Shown: positions 17,771 to 26,836, counted from the first letter of the stretch. The stretch: DNA of 64,000 bases from Phascolarctobacterium succinatutens CAG:287 (GCF_000434895.1 NZ_FR892810.1:1144-65143), one strand, 5' to 3'. Numbers and translations: made by a program. Notes: generated from the letters alone by a model not told the origin.

Positions 17771-19122
17771 AATGTCAGCACCGCATCTTTATCGTCAAAA
17801 AAACTGTTAAACTCCTCCAGTGACTGAAAAGCACATTTTTGGTTAAACACCGCCAAAATATCATTCAGGCCCTGGGTGATTGCTTTATCATCTACTGCGT
17901 AAACTCCCTGCATAACAAGCTCAAAGCCACCTTCAAAGGCCGCTGTCATATATGCATCTTTTGCTTTATTGTATTCATCAATCCGCTGCTTTTGCTGCGC
18001 CAGACTTTGCAGTGCAGTATTAATAATATGCTTAAATTCCGCCTGACGTTTTTTATCCAGCCTGCGTTCCATCTGATATTTAGTGACCGCCCTGGTTATT
18101 TCCCCCACAACCAGGGAAGTAACCACTGCCGCCACCGGTCCGCCCAAGGCAAACGCCATGTTTGCTGCCAATACACCGGCAGTGCCGCAAACAATTTGCG
18201 CAGAGCATTCTTCGCCGCTGATATTGCCATCTAAATAGTTCGCCACAATGCCACCTATTTCTACAGCCATCGTCAGCTGCATAATCGGCAAATTTTTTCC
18301 TGCTAGCTTGGCGAAATCCTTCGCCCCAGCCTTTTTCGCTACTGCGACAACACCATCCTGTACTACCGAAATACCGGCAGCACTGCCAAAGCTCCTTACA
18401 GTATCCTTGCCGACATTTTTTACAGCCTGCTTAATGTCCTGTTCACCTTTCACCAAGCCCACAAGATTGGTCAAGCCGGAAACAGTTGCAGTTACAAAGG
18501 CTGCTTCCCTGCCGGCAGCAGTTGCCTTCTTGACCGATGGCGCAACTGCACCCAGCTTAGAACTGATAACTTTGCTGTTTTTTATTTCATTAACCGTATT
18601 TTCTATTTTATACTTAGTCGCCTGTGTCCGTATATGAGCCTCTGCCTTCACTTCTTCTTTCAGCATATTAACGCTCGTCACAGCATCCGGGCAGTCAACA
18701 GCTTTTTTATTTGTCTTGAAGATTTTCTTGCCAAATAAAGTCTCTGATACATCATTAATCTGCGCAGCGCCTGCTTCAGTATATTTTTTTGCTATATACT
18801 CGTGGTTATTCAGCGCACCCTTGGACTTGTTCAGCGAGGCATTGGTATTAGCAAGGTTTGCATCAGCATTAGCCATTGTTCTTATCTGCTCCGGCGTCAA
18901 ATCAGAACCATAACGCCTGATTTGCTCATCTAACGGAACAATGTGGTCAACGTTTGATTGCTTTTCATTAATATGCTTATTAGCATTATAAAAAATTCTC
19001 TTACCCGTATATTCGTCAGTTATACTTTTTTTATTGCCAAAGGATCTGTTTTTATAGCTGTCAGCCGCATTATTGCGTCTGTTAATATCATCTACCTGAC
19101 TACGCTTTATCTTATCACTCAT
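17767..19122 (-). CDS. HNH (beta-beta-alpha-Me) nuclease-motif protein with Gly/Ala-rich hydrophobic central region
   Basis: N-terminal SNVDHIVPLDEQIRRYGSDL...NASLNKSKGALNNHEY resembles the Cys-free HNH motif (compare Cas9 HNH DVDHIVPQS...DNKVLTRSDKNRGKSD). Central region GIVANYLDG...GTAGVLAANMAFALGGPVAAVVTSLVVG is glycine-zipper-like. Confidence 0.5.
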   Translation of the reverse strand: MSDKIKRSQVDDINRRNNAADSYKNRSFGNKKSITDEYTGKRIFYNANKHINEKQSNVDHIVPLDEQIRRYGSDLTPEQIRTMANADANLANTNASLNKSKGALNNHEYIAKKYTEAGAAQINDVSETLFGKKIFKTNKKAVDCPDAVTSVNMLKEEVKAEAHIRTQATKYKIENTVNEIKNSKVISSKLGAVAPSVKKATAAGREAAFVTATVSGLTNLVGLVKGEQDIKQAVKNVGKDTVRSFGSAAGISVVQDGVVAVAKKAGAKDFAKLAGKNLPIMQLTMAVEIGGIVANYLDGNISGEECSAQIVCGTAGVLAANMAFALGGPVAAVVTSLVVGEITRAVTKYQMERRLDKKRQAEFKHIINTALQSLAQQKQRIDEYNKAKDAYMTAAFEGGFELVMQGVYAVDDKAITQGLNDILAVFNQKCAFQSLEEFNSFFDDKDAVLTL

Positions 19123-19159
19123 ACGCCGCCTCCAAAATTTATTGAGAAGTATCTTCTAC

Positions 19160-19390
19160 TCCTTCCATTAGCTCACTCATCGTAATCCCTAGCTTCCTGG
19201 CAACCTATTCCTGTATCAAACTCTTCAATTGCCTGCAAGTAAGGCATCTTAGTGCCTATTTTCTTATATCTCTGTGCAAATAATTAGCATTAGCTCCCTT
19301 TCCCACTATATTATCGCACATTATCAATTTCATATCTTTGCACAATTTTTCACAATTTTACATATAGTTTAATTTCTTGCGCTTTACCTA
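19160..19390 (-). pseudogene. remnant of type-a XRE regulator gene plus its conserved downstream noncoding segment
   Basis: 19160-19270 aligns to the 5' and 3' parts of the 14955..15185 gene with about 80 nt missing internally. 19290-19390 (ctatattatcgcacattatcaatttcatatctttgcacaatttttcacaattttacatatagtttaattt) matches 15205-15290. Confidence 0.5.
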
Positions 19391-19573
19391 TTAAGCTTTG
19401 CAAGGTGCTTACGTAATTTATATTTCCGCCATGATTTTGATAATAAGTTATGGTGCATTTTTTTCAAACTCACGTCAAATCACCCATTTGCCATATGAGC
19501 ATGAATATATTTAAAGTTCAACATATTAAATAAATTTTTAGCAGGACTGCAAAACGCAGCCCTGCCTGTTACC

Positions 19574-20992
19574 TTATAGCTGTAAATAATCAATCAATAC
19601 CAAACCGGCGTTATACCCGGCCAGCGAAGCAGTTGTCCTATCCATAGGATGCCACGAACCATCATCAGCCTGATATTGAACAAGATATCCTTTACCAGTA
19701 AGCAGACCTACAATACATTGCTGTCGACTTTGCTGCCCAGTGCTACCTATTACAATCATGTCATATTGCACAATTGTTTGACCATTATTGCGCGACAAAA
19801 TTTTTGCACTGCGACAATCAACATAACGATGTGCTCCTTGTCGTTGGAATACTTCCGGTATATATTTATCGCCATTCAAAAACGCTTGCGGATGAAATAA
19901 ATTATACTTCGGTCCACTGCTATTCACATTACTATTCACATTGCTATTTGCATTGCTATTGCTGTATGTAGTTGCTTTACTATTGTTCTCTTCCTGCTGC
20001 ATGTTTAAAATGCCTTCCACATTATATTTATAGGCACCTGTATTGATGAGCAGCTTGCCTTTACCATTATCTAATTCCAACTGAGTCCAGTGTAAATTAA
20101 AGTCCTTGTATTTACTTTCTAAGAAATATTGGCACTCTACTGTCAAAACTTGCTTAGAATTCAATTTGAAGCCTTTTAAATCATTACGATCGCCAAAAGT
20201 AATAACATTAAATTTTTTAGGCGTTAGCAAGTCATTGCCAATTCTCAGGTTAACAGAAAGCTTATCAAGGTCTATTGTTTCATTTTTGCTCATATTAGTA
20301 AAAGCTATCGTTACACTATAAACCCAATCATCAATCTTGCGTCGTTCAAGCACGGCAAAGCCTAGCTTGGTATCGCCAATTTCTTGAACTCGATACGAAG
20401 CGCCACTGCAATCTAAATAAGCGGCTCCCTTATGAAATTCGCCATCATTAGCCATGCCATACCAGTTTAAATCGTGCTGCAAAACAGCATTTTGGAATTC
20501 TACCTTTTCAAAGGCTTCCATTTCCATTGGTCCATTATTGCCAGAATATTGTTCCATATTAGAGCAGACTCTTTTAAGATAAACATTATAAGCCTGCAGA
20601 TAATCCTTCACGCTTTTAGCGTAATTAGCTATTTGGTAGCGTTTGATGGCTTTCTCCCCATCCTTTTTAGAAGGACCATTATCCTTGCTGTCCATCATTT
20701 TCTTGCTGAAATCCATAAAGCTCTCATTGGCCTTCGCTTCATCATATTTTTCATCACTCAGCTTGGCGATATTCTTGTCATTTTCTTCAATTAAATTCTT
20801 AATCTGCTTGAGCATTTTCTGCTTATCAATATTGCGATTTTCCAGCATGGCCTGAGCCTGCTCTGTTTCCATCTCAGCAACCTTCGTACTGTTGTTAAGA
20901 TACATGGAATGTATTTTTTGCTCTTCTGACTTACCACAACCGGTAAGCACCACTGTTAAGATAAGCATTGCATAAAAAAACAGCTTTTTCAC
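19574..20992 (-). CDS. hypothetical lipoprotein with N-terminal coiled-coil region and N/S-rich repeat
   Basis: Signal peptide with lipobox (VLTGCGK). KATTYSNSNANSNVNSNVNSSGPKY is encoded by a 12-nt tandem repeat at about 19916-19965. Confidence 0.6.
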   Translation of the reverse strand: MKKLFFYAMLILTVVLTGCGKSEEQKIHSMYLNNSTKVAEMETEQAQAMLENRNIDKQKMLKQIKNLIEENDKNIAKLSDEKYDEAKANESFMDFSKKMMDSKDNGPSKKDGEKAIKRYQIANYAKSVKDYLQAYNVYLKRVCSNMEQYSGNNGPMEMEAFEKVEFQNAVLQHDLNWYGMANDGEFHKGAAYLDCSGASYRVQEIGDTKLGFAVLERRKIDDWVYSVTIAFTNMSKNETIDLDKLSVNLRIGNDLLTPKKFNVITFGDRNDLKGFKLNSKQVLTVECQYFLESKYKDFNLHWTQLELDNGKGKLLINTGAYKYNVEGILNMQQEENNSKATTYSNSNANSNVNSNVNSSGPKYNLFHPQAFLNGDKYIPEVFQRQGAHRYVDCRSAKILSRNNGQTIVQYDMIVIGSTGQQSRQQCIVGLLTGKGYLVQYQADDGSWHPMDRTTASLAGYNAGLVLIDYLQL

Positions 20993-21044
20993 ACTATGAC
21001 CTCCCTATATAACTTTTCCAGTTAAATGTTTTATAAAAAAAGTA

Positions 21045-21677
21045 CTATTGCAAAGGATCTGCTCCGTAGCGATTATCACCTACCGTACCAGGCGCAAACA
21101 GTAAATACAACTCAAAAAAGCCATTGAGAAGTGGCACAAAGGTTAATAATACTAATAAGCCATCTTTATCCAAATCGTGCAAGCGACGAACCGATATAGC
21201 ACTATTTATCCAAACCAATAGAGTAAAAGCTATTAAGCCAATGAAGCAAGCCAGATAATCAATTGCTTCCATATAGTAATCATCTACAAACTCGTCGATG
21301 ATGCAGGCGATAATAAAAAACACCAAACAACTACTCATGCTCTTGAGGAAATAATCCAATCTATTGATGCGTCCCTCAAAGCTCAAAAACTGCTCTTTAA
21401 AAATCTCTTTATTCAAAGCAGGTTTACGTTCGGGATTATTGCCAAAAAGTCTGCTAAAGATTTCTTTAAAATCCTTGGGATTATCATTGCTATGAGCTTT
21501 TCCCAACTGAAAACCACATTTTGTGCAAAATTTGACACCAATAGGATAAGTTGTACCGCACTTAGGGCAAATTACATTTGTCGGCTCAATCTTTGGTAAC
21601 TGATCTGTCCCGCATACCGGACAAAACCTTCCCTGGTCGTCAATTTCGGCTCCACACTTAATACAATACTTTGACAT
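21045..21677 (-). CDS. DUF805-family inner-membrane protein with N-terminal zinc-ribbon repeats
   Basis: Three CxxC...CxxC zinc-ribbon units (CIKCGAE..CPVCG; CPKCGT..CTKCG) followed by the DUF805 signature (GRINRLDYF ... RRLHDLDKDG ... GDNRYGADP). Confidence 0.7.
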   Translation of the reverse strand: MSKYCIKCGAEIDDQGRFCPVCGTDQLPKIEPTNVICPKCGTTYPIGVKFCTKCGFQLGKAHSNDNPKDFKEIFSRLFGNNPERKPALNKEIFKEQFLSFEGRINRLDYFLKSMSSCLVFFIIACIIDEFVDDYYMEAIDYLACFIGLIAFTLLVWINSAISVRRLHDLDKDGLLVLLTFVPLLNGFFELYLLFAPGTVGDNRYGADPLQ

Positions 21678-21718
21678 AATATCTGCCTCCCTCTAATATT
21701 TTTTATTGCCGCTGCTTC

Positions 21719-21937
21719 TTACTTTCTCTCCTGCAGAAGCCGCACCGGGTCAACCCCCAGGGCCTGCGCCAGCAAAAATATAGACTCCATATTAAACGGT
21801 CCCTTACCGCATTCTATATCCGAGACGCGCGCCCTTGACATTTGGGCTTTCTCCGCCAGCTCGCTCTGCGTCAGACTCAATGACCTGCGATAATACATAA
21901 TATTTAAGCCAATAGTTTTATATTTTTCTTCAAACAA
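21719..21937 (-). CDS. XRE-family helix-turn-helix transcriptional regulator (type b, copy 2)
   Basis: 72 aa, about 96% identical to 15343..15585. The roughly 190 bp on its high-coordinate side are also conserved with 15586-15758. Confidence 0.8.
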   Translation of the reverse strand: MFEEKYKTIGLNIMYYRRSLSLTQSELAEKAQMSRARVSDIECGKGPFNMESIFLLAQALGVDPVRLLQERK

Positions 21938-22208
21938 AAAGCATCACTTCTTATCTCTTCCCTTCTATTATGCACTAAAAAGATGGCTCTTGCGGTGCTT
22001 TAGATTTTATATATATGGAATATATTTGACATAAAATCCGCAAGCTTACTTGACCACCGCCTGCTTTTAGTATAAGATGAAGTCAGAAACAATAACACCA
22101 TGATAAAATTTCTTTTTTGTGATATTATAATGACGAAAAAGCAGATGCCGACAAAACATCAGCATCTGCTAGCAACATAAGATTTTAGATTTTTGCGAGG
22201 TTATACCT

Positions 22209-23375
22209 ATGACGACAATGCAACGCGCCTTTCCGGCGCCAGTGATTCCCAAATTCTTCACCAATAATATCTGCGGCAATTATCAAATTCGCCGCTTTTT
22301 TAACGGTCAGGACGACTTTATCTGCGCCCAAGGCCCCTTTCATACGCAAACTATCGCTTCACAAAGTGAGGAAGGTGCGGCAGCTTCTTCCCTGGCTATA
22401 GCCTTCGCCAATATTGACGAAAACGATAAAAAGCAGGTGCTTGCCTTCTGCAATGCCTACGGCCTGCCCTATTCTTCGCAGCGCTGCCTTGAGAAACGTG
22501 CACATCTTGATGACGAAAATCATTCTGTAATCATCAACGATTTCAGTTTTATCGACACTACCCTTTTTATGGGAGATATCCTTGCAGAAAAAGACTATGC
22601 TGCCAATGATGCCGAGGTTACCTTGAATTACACCCTGTTCGAAGTAGACGAAATGGACATTATGAGCCTGCGCCTTTTTGCCCGCTGCGTCAAAATCGTC
22701 CGCAGCCTGCTTATTGTCCAAAGCTATCTCTTCCGACACGAAGGGACACAGGCAGGCGTTATCTATGCACTTGCCTACCTGCTGCATTACAGCGCACGTT
22801 GCATTCACTACCTGCTGCCGCACATCAAAACACCTACGCTCAAGGCAGCAGAATACTTTGCTACGCACAAGCGTATTTCGCACACGCAGCTGCTCAAAAA
22901 TATCCGCAAAACAGATGCAGACTACGCCTGCCAGCTGCAAGACTTTCTCGCAGTCGTAGACAAGCATATGCTGCACACACTTGCTGATTATGACAAGGAC
23001 CTGCTGACGAAGAAACAGCTTACTGCCATGATTCTCGCTGAAGATATTCCAAGCATAAGCCTTGACAACGCTTTTGCCAGACGCATCCTGCTCGATATCA
23101 TCAACGATAATATCTATACCGCCAGACCGCAAATGGACCTGGCGCAAGAAAAATTTACCAGCCTTTGGCAATGCAGTTATCTTATGCAGGCAGTTTATCT
23201 TGATTTGTATCAGCTGCTGCTCAATCCGGGCGAATACCACCGCTGCGCCAATCCTGAATGCAGCAATTATTTTCTCATCAGCGGACGCCGTGCAGACAAA
23301 CGCTACTGCTGCAATCGCTGTGCTTCCAAAATGGGTAAGCAAGGCAAAACATATAGACCGCATAAGGAAAAATGA
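22209..23375 (+). CDS. CGNR zinc-finger domain protein
   Basis: C-terminal CANPECSNYFLISGRRADKRYCCNRCASKM matches the zf-CGNR motif. Higher GC than the surrounding genes. A palindrome and T-run terminator follow at 23457-23505. Confidence 0.65.
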   Translation: MTTMQRAFPAPVIPKFFTNNICGNYQIRRFFNGQDDFICAQGPFHTQTIASQSEEGAAASSLAIAFANIDENDKKQVLAFCNAYGLPYSSQRCLEKRAHLDDENHSVIINDFSFIDTTLFMGDILAEKDYAANDAEVTLNYTLFEVDEMDIMSLRLFARCVKIVRSLLIVQSYLFRHEGTQAGVIYALAYLLHYSARCIHYLLPHIKTPTLKAAEYFATHKRISHTQLLKNIRKTDADYACQLQDFLAVVDKHMLHTLADYDKDLLTKKQLTAMILAEDIPSISLDNAFARRILLDIINDNIYTARPQMDLAQEKFTSLWQCSYLMQAVYLDLYQLLLNPGEYHRCANPECSNYFLISGRRADKRYCCNRCASKMGKQGKTYRPHKEK

Positions 23376-23620
23376 GAAACAAATTTAAGCAACAAAAAAA
23401 TATCCGCAACTGTGCGGAGGAAATCGTCTTGATTGGACTTGTATATACTTAATCAAATGCCCGTTATCTGCTATGTTGGCTGATAACAGGCATTAGCTTT
23501 TTGATTGAGCGAACAGTCACCTAGGTGCGCCTAATAATGTATGCCCAATAGTCGCTTCTCTTCTGTCTGCCCTAAATTATCTTAGTCACTAATAGGAAGT
23601 TCTGTTTTACAGTGTCACGC

Positions 23621-25117
23621 TTACTTCTTTTGTTCTGTAAACTTATACTTGCCTTTACCTTGCCCGATGACCGCTTCAATCACTCCTGCTTCTTTTAGTT
23701 TATTTATGAGATTACCGGCAGCAGTAATAGAGATGTTTACAATGCCTATTATATCATTACGTCCAAATACACCATCGAAGCTCATGTAGGCAAACAGTTT
23801 TTTTGCGTTTTCCTTAGTATTCTTGTTTGCGTTCAAACTGTCAATCGCAGCTTCAATTAAAAGGTTTTCAGAAGCAATTAACACCTTTTCTCCGTCAACT
23901 GCAACTTTTTTCGGGTCAATTAACACCTTTTCAATTGGAACTTTGTAATTCAGATTGTAGAGCGTAGCAAAAAATGATTTGGGTGTCGATCTGAAAATTG
24001 GCTCGACTTCGGGACGATAATTAACCGCATGACGATAATCTGCCTTGATCTTCTTGAAACCGCTGCCACGACGATCCATAAAGTGCATACGGCTGAAAAT
24101 ATCAGCAATCACTGGATTACGGCGTTTGGATGCTACATTGTCCATATCAAGCTCTTGTACGATAGAGCCATCAAACATACCGCCTGGGGAATATACTTCC
24201 ATGCGGTTATCGAAAATATCAATGTGTACCTCGCTGCCGATCTCCATATAGTCACGATGAATCAGCGCATTGACAATTACCTCATGTACTGCCTGTTCGG
24301 GGTATTCGGGCATCTCCACTCGTCCATTGCCAACCTTTTTCCACCTTTTCTTGGTATTGTTCTTAACGAACTCGGTGCCGTTCTGCAACAAAGATACCAA
24401 TGAACCGCTGTATTCCTTATCGTCAAGTGCTTCAATAATACCTGAGGCTTTGTTCAAGCCATACCAACGGGTACAGAACAGGCGAGAGTGCCGCATCGGA
24501 GATTCATCCGCCAACAACATGCCTGCGTTGGTTAGCATATTGTTTTCGTCAACAAGCTCAAAGGAAATAAAATCGGAATCCGTTAACTCTGTACCTGTTC
24601 TCATACGATAAACAGAGCGCAGCTTTGTAAAGGCAAGCGATTCAAATGAATAACGCGTAGAAAGACTGTCAAAAGACGTATTGCTTCCACGCAAAACAAG
24701 CCGCTTCAAATCTACAGCACTTGCAGGGACACTCTCATTGCCGATGCGAACATAAGCTATCCTGTTACCATCGCCTGTATAGTAATAAGGAGTTTCCTGC
24801 CCTGACGGAACTCGCAATAAAACGAACTCTTTGCCGTCCTCTGCGTGGATGTTCAAAATCACTTGTGGGGCAGGATCCATTTTAGTTTTGATAGCTTCGC
24901 TAATCTTTTCAGATACGCCCTTTGCATCATCTAACCCGACAAGAACTTCATCGTTGGACACACCGAAAAACAATGCTCCACCAATCCCATTGGCAAATGC
25001 GCTTACGCTTTTTAACCAACTTTTAGGCTTGCGTTCTTCAAGCATTTCTTTCTTATCATATTCCGTAGCTTCACCTATGAAATCAGATAATTTCATATTG
25101 TTAATACCTCGTTTCAT
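23621..25117 (-). CDS. Schlafen/AlbA_2-domain plus HATPase-like plus HTH putative transcriptional regulator (so-called RecG-like DNA-binding protein)
   Basis: N-terminal AlbA_2-like region (ESWLKSVSAFANGIGGALFFGV) and a central ATPase-like region (VHEVIVNALIHRDY, an HATPase_c_4-like Bergerat motif) with C-terminal HTH. This architecture is often annotated as an ATP-dependent DNA helicase RecG-related regulator on mobile elements. Confidence 0.65.
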   Translation of the reverse strand: MKRGINNMKLSDFIGEATEYDKKEMLEERKPKSWLKSVSAFANGIGGALFFGVSNDEVLVGLDDAKGVSEKISEAIKTKMDPAPQVILNIHAEDGKEFVLLRVPSGQETPYYYTGDGNRIAYVRIGNESVPASAVDLKRLVLRGSNTSFDSLSTRYSFESLAFTKLRSVYRMRTGTELTDSDFISFELVDENNMLTNAGMLLADESPMRHSRLFCTRWYGLNKASGIIEALDDKEYSGSLVSLLQNGTEFVKNNTKKRWKKVGNGRVEMPEYPEQAVHEVIVNALIHRDYMEIGSEVHIDIFDNRMEVYSPGGMFDGSIVQELDMDNVASKRRNPVIADIFSRMHFMDRRGSGFKKIKADYRHAVNYRPEVEPIFRSTPKSFFATLYNLNYKVPIEKVLIDPKKVAVDGEKVLIASENLLIEAAIDSLNANKNTKENAKKLFAYMSFDGVFGRNDIIGIVNISITAAGNLINKLKEAGVIEAVIGQGKGKYKFTEQKK

Positions 25118-25203
25118 TTCCTATCGTTTCAGAGAGTGCGCCCGAAGCACACGCTATCGGTTTTACATTTCTGCGTTTAGCTTCTCTTTTCTCAATCTTA
25201 CCC

Positions 25204-26361
25204 TTAGCCATTTAGCAATTCTCCATGAATAAACGGTATTGCGCCATAGCGGCCTAAAAGATAACCTTTTTCAACCTTAGCATCTTTGCGTATTGAAAAA
25301 TCATAAAGAGAAAATAAATCCGTAGCTGCTGTCAAATTATCTTTTTCTGTAAACCATATCTGATCTCTACGAAGAATATCTAAATCAAGCAGATTAGTAT
25401 TATGAGAAGTAAAAATAAGCTGTGCGCCATTAGGATTAGTATCGCTATTATTGAACAGCATTACGAGATGTTTGGTTAGCAGCGGATGCAGATGAGCATC
25501 TATTTCATCAGCCACTAGCAATGTCCCCTGCTCCAAAGCTTTCTTAATAACCCCTATAAGCTTAAAATAGCTGTTTGTCCCATCAGACTCCTCAGCCATA
25601 TTAAGCACATACGTATTCGTTTCGCCAACATCATCTTGAACTGTATGCACCGTTTCTACATTAAGATAACTTATTGCTCCTTTAGACAGTTTCAACAACG
25701 GATCTATATCTCTAACCTGTAATGATTGAATACCAAAATCAGCTACCTTCAGCATAGAAGCTATCGCACTGCGATAATCACTATCCTTGAGCTGCTCTGC
25801 ATTAACACCATACGCATCTGCTACTGAATTTTTAGTAATAATCTGGCACGAAGCAAACCACTCCAAAACAGGTATTACTTTGCTATAGCTCCAATTTGAA
25901 GCAACAGAAAGATATAACTTATTAGCTGATGTACGCTCTTTAAGCACCGTCTGCTCCTCTATATCGCTCGTAAAACGATACTCAGAGCAGTTGTTCCGCT
26001 CAAATATAAGTGCTTGCCTGCCGTTAGGATAATAATATAAGTATTCTTCTACTACTTCCTTATCCGTAACAGCAAAACCATAGGTATATCTTATACCTTG
26101 AGTAATAAAGACAACCTCAAATCTAGTAGGCTGGCTTGGGGTGAGCTTGTCAAATTTAAAAGGAACACGCTCAATGCTCTTATGTAGCTGTTTTTCATGC
26201 GAAGTCAGAACGTAATTAACCATAAACCAAAATGCATTAAGGACACTTGACTTGCCAGACGCATTAGCTCCATAAATAACAGAGGATTTTAGATACCGTT
26301 TGCCTCTATCCTCAATCAAAGCTTCTTCATGCTCATTATCCTTGCTTGCCAGCATAGACAA
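25204..26361 (-). CDS. AAA_21/ABC-type ATPase (defense-island-type ATP-binding protein)
   Basis: Walker A (GANASGKSSVLNAF) near the N-terminus and Walker B / D-loop (LLVADEIDAHLHP) about 290 aa later. This split ABC-ATPase layout is typical of the AAA_21/AAA_15 proteins found in abortive-infection and OLD-like systems. Confidence 0.7.
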   Translation of the reverse strand: MSMLASKDNEHEEALIEDRGKRYLKSSVIYGANASGKSSVLNAFWFMVNYVLTSHEKQLHKSIERVPFKFDKLTPSQPTRFEVVFITQGIRYTYGFAVTDKEVVEEYLYYYPNGRQALIFERNNCSEYRFTSDIEEQTVLKERTSANKLYLSVASNWSYSKVIPVLEWFASCQIITKNSVADAYGVNAEQLKDSDYRSAIASMLKVADFGIQSLQVRDIDPLLKLSKGAISYLNVETVHTVQDDVGETNTYVLNMAEESDGTNSYFKLIGVIKKALEQGTLLVADEIDAHLHPLLTKHLVMLFNNSDTNPNGAQLIFTSHNTNLLDLDILRRDQIWFTEKDNLTAATDLFSLYDFSIRKDAKVEKGYLLGRYGAIPFIHGELLNG

Positions 26362-26703
26362 GACAATTTCTTTTTTATGGACAGATAATTCTCCACGCTA
26401 AACTGAATAAGCACAATTCTCACCTTCAAAACACTTTATACTATAATTATAGAGCTATTTTTGTGAGATTTCAACGAAAACAGTATATAAATCTAAAGTT
26501 TTTCCTTTATTGTCCTGATTAATACATCACTTATTTATTAATCAAACTATTTACAGTGATCAGTAGTATATATATGATTACCTCTCAGACTAAAAACAGT
26601 ATTTCCGTTTTTATTTTCTACTCACTTCGATTAGATACTATATTCGGGAAATTATCAACGGATTTTTCGTTTTTATTTTCTACTATCTCTTATTCTGGCA
26701 AAC

Positions 26704-26756
26704 AAAAAAGCTCTCAGATTTCTCTGAGAGCCGATTGCCATAGTTGGCGGAGTGGG
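26704..26756. repeat. direct repeat (proximal copy): terminator hairpin plus last 12 nt of tRNA-Ser(GCU)
   Basis: aaaaaagctctcagatttctctgagagccgattgccatagttggcggagtggg. The hairpin gctctcaga/tctgagagc plus A-run forms a terminator for the minus-strand tRNA. Pairs with 15759..15811. Confidence 0.7.
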
Positions 26757-26836
26757 TGGGATTCGAACCCACGCACGGGGTAAACCGTCTAACGATTTAG
26801 CAAACCGTCCTCTTCAGCCAGCTTGAGTACCACTCC
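26745..26836 (-). tRNA. tRNA-Ser (anticodon GCU)
   Basis: Minus-strand sequence GGAGTGGTACTCAAGCTGGCTGAAGAGGACGGTTTGCTAAATCGTTAGACGGTTTACCCCGTGCGTGGGTTCGAATCCCACCCACTCCGCCA. 7-bp acceptor stem, anticodon loop TTGCTAA, long variable arm, GGTTCGAATCC T-loop, encoded CCA. Confidence 0.85.

Noticed and set aside
15812-26703. Integrase or recombinase gene expected inside the att-bounded element
   Set aside because: None of the ORFs shows tyrosine-recombinase (R..H..R..Y) or serine-recombinase motifs. Not called.
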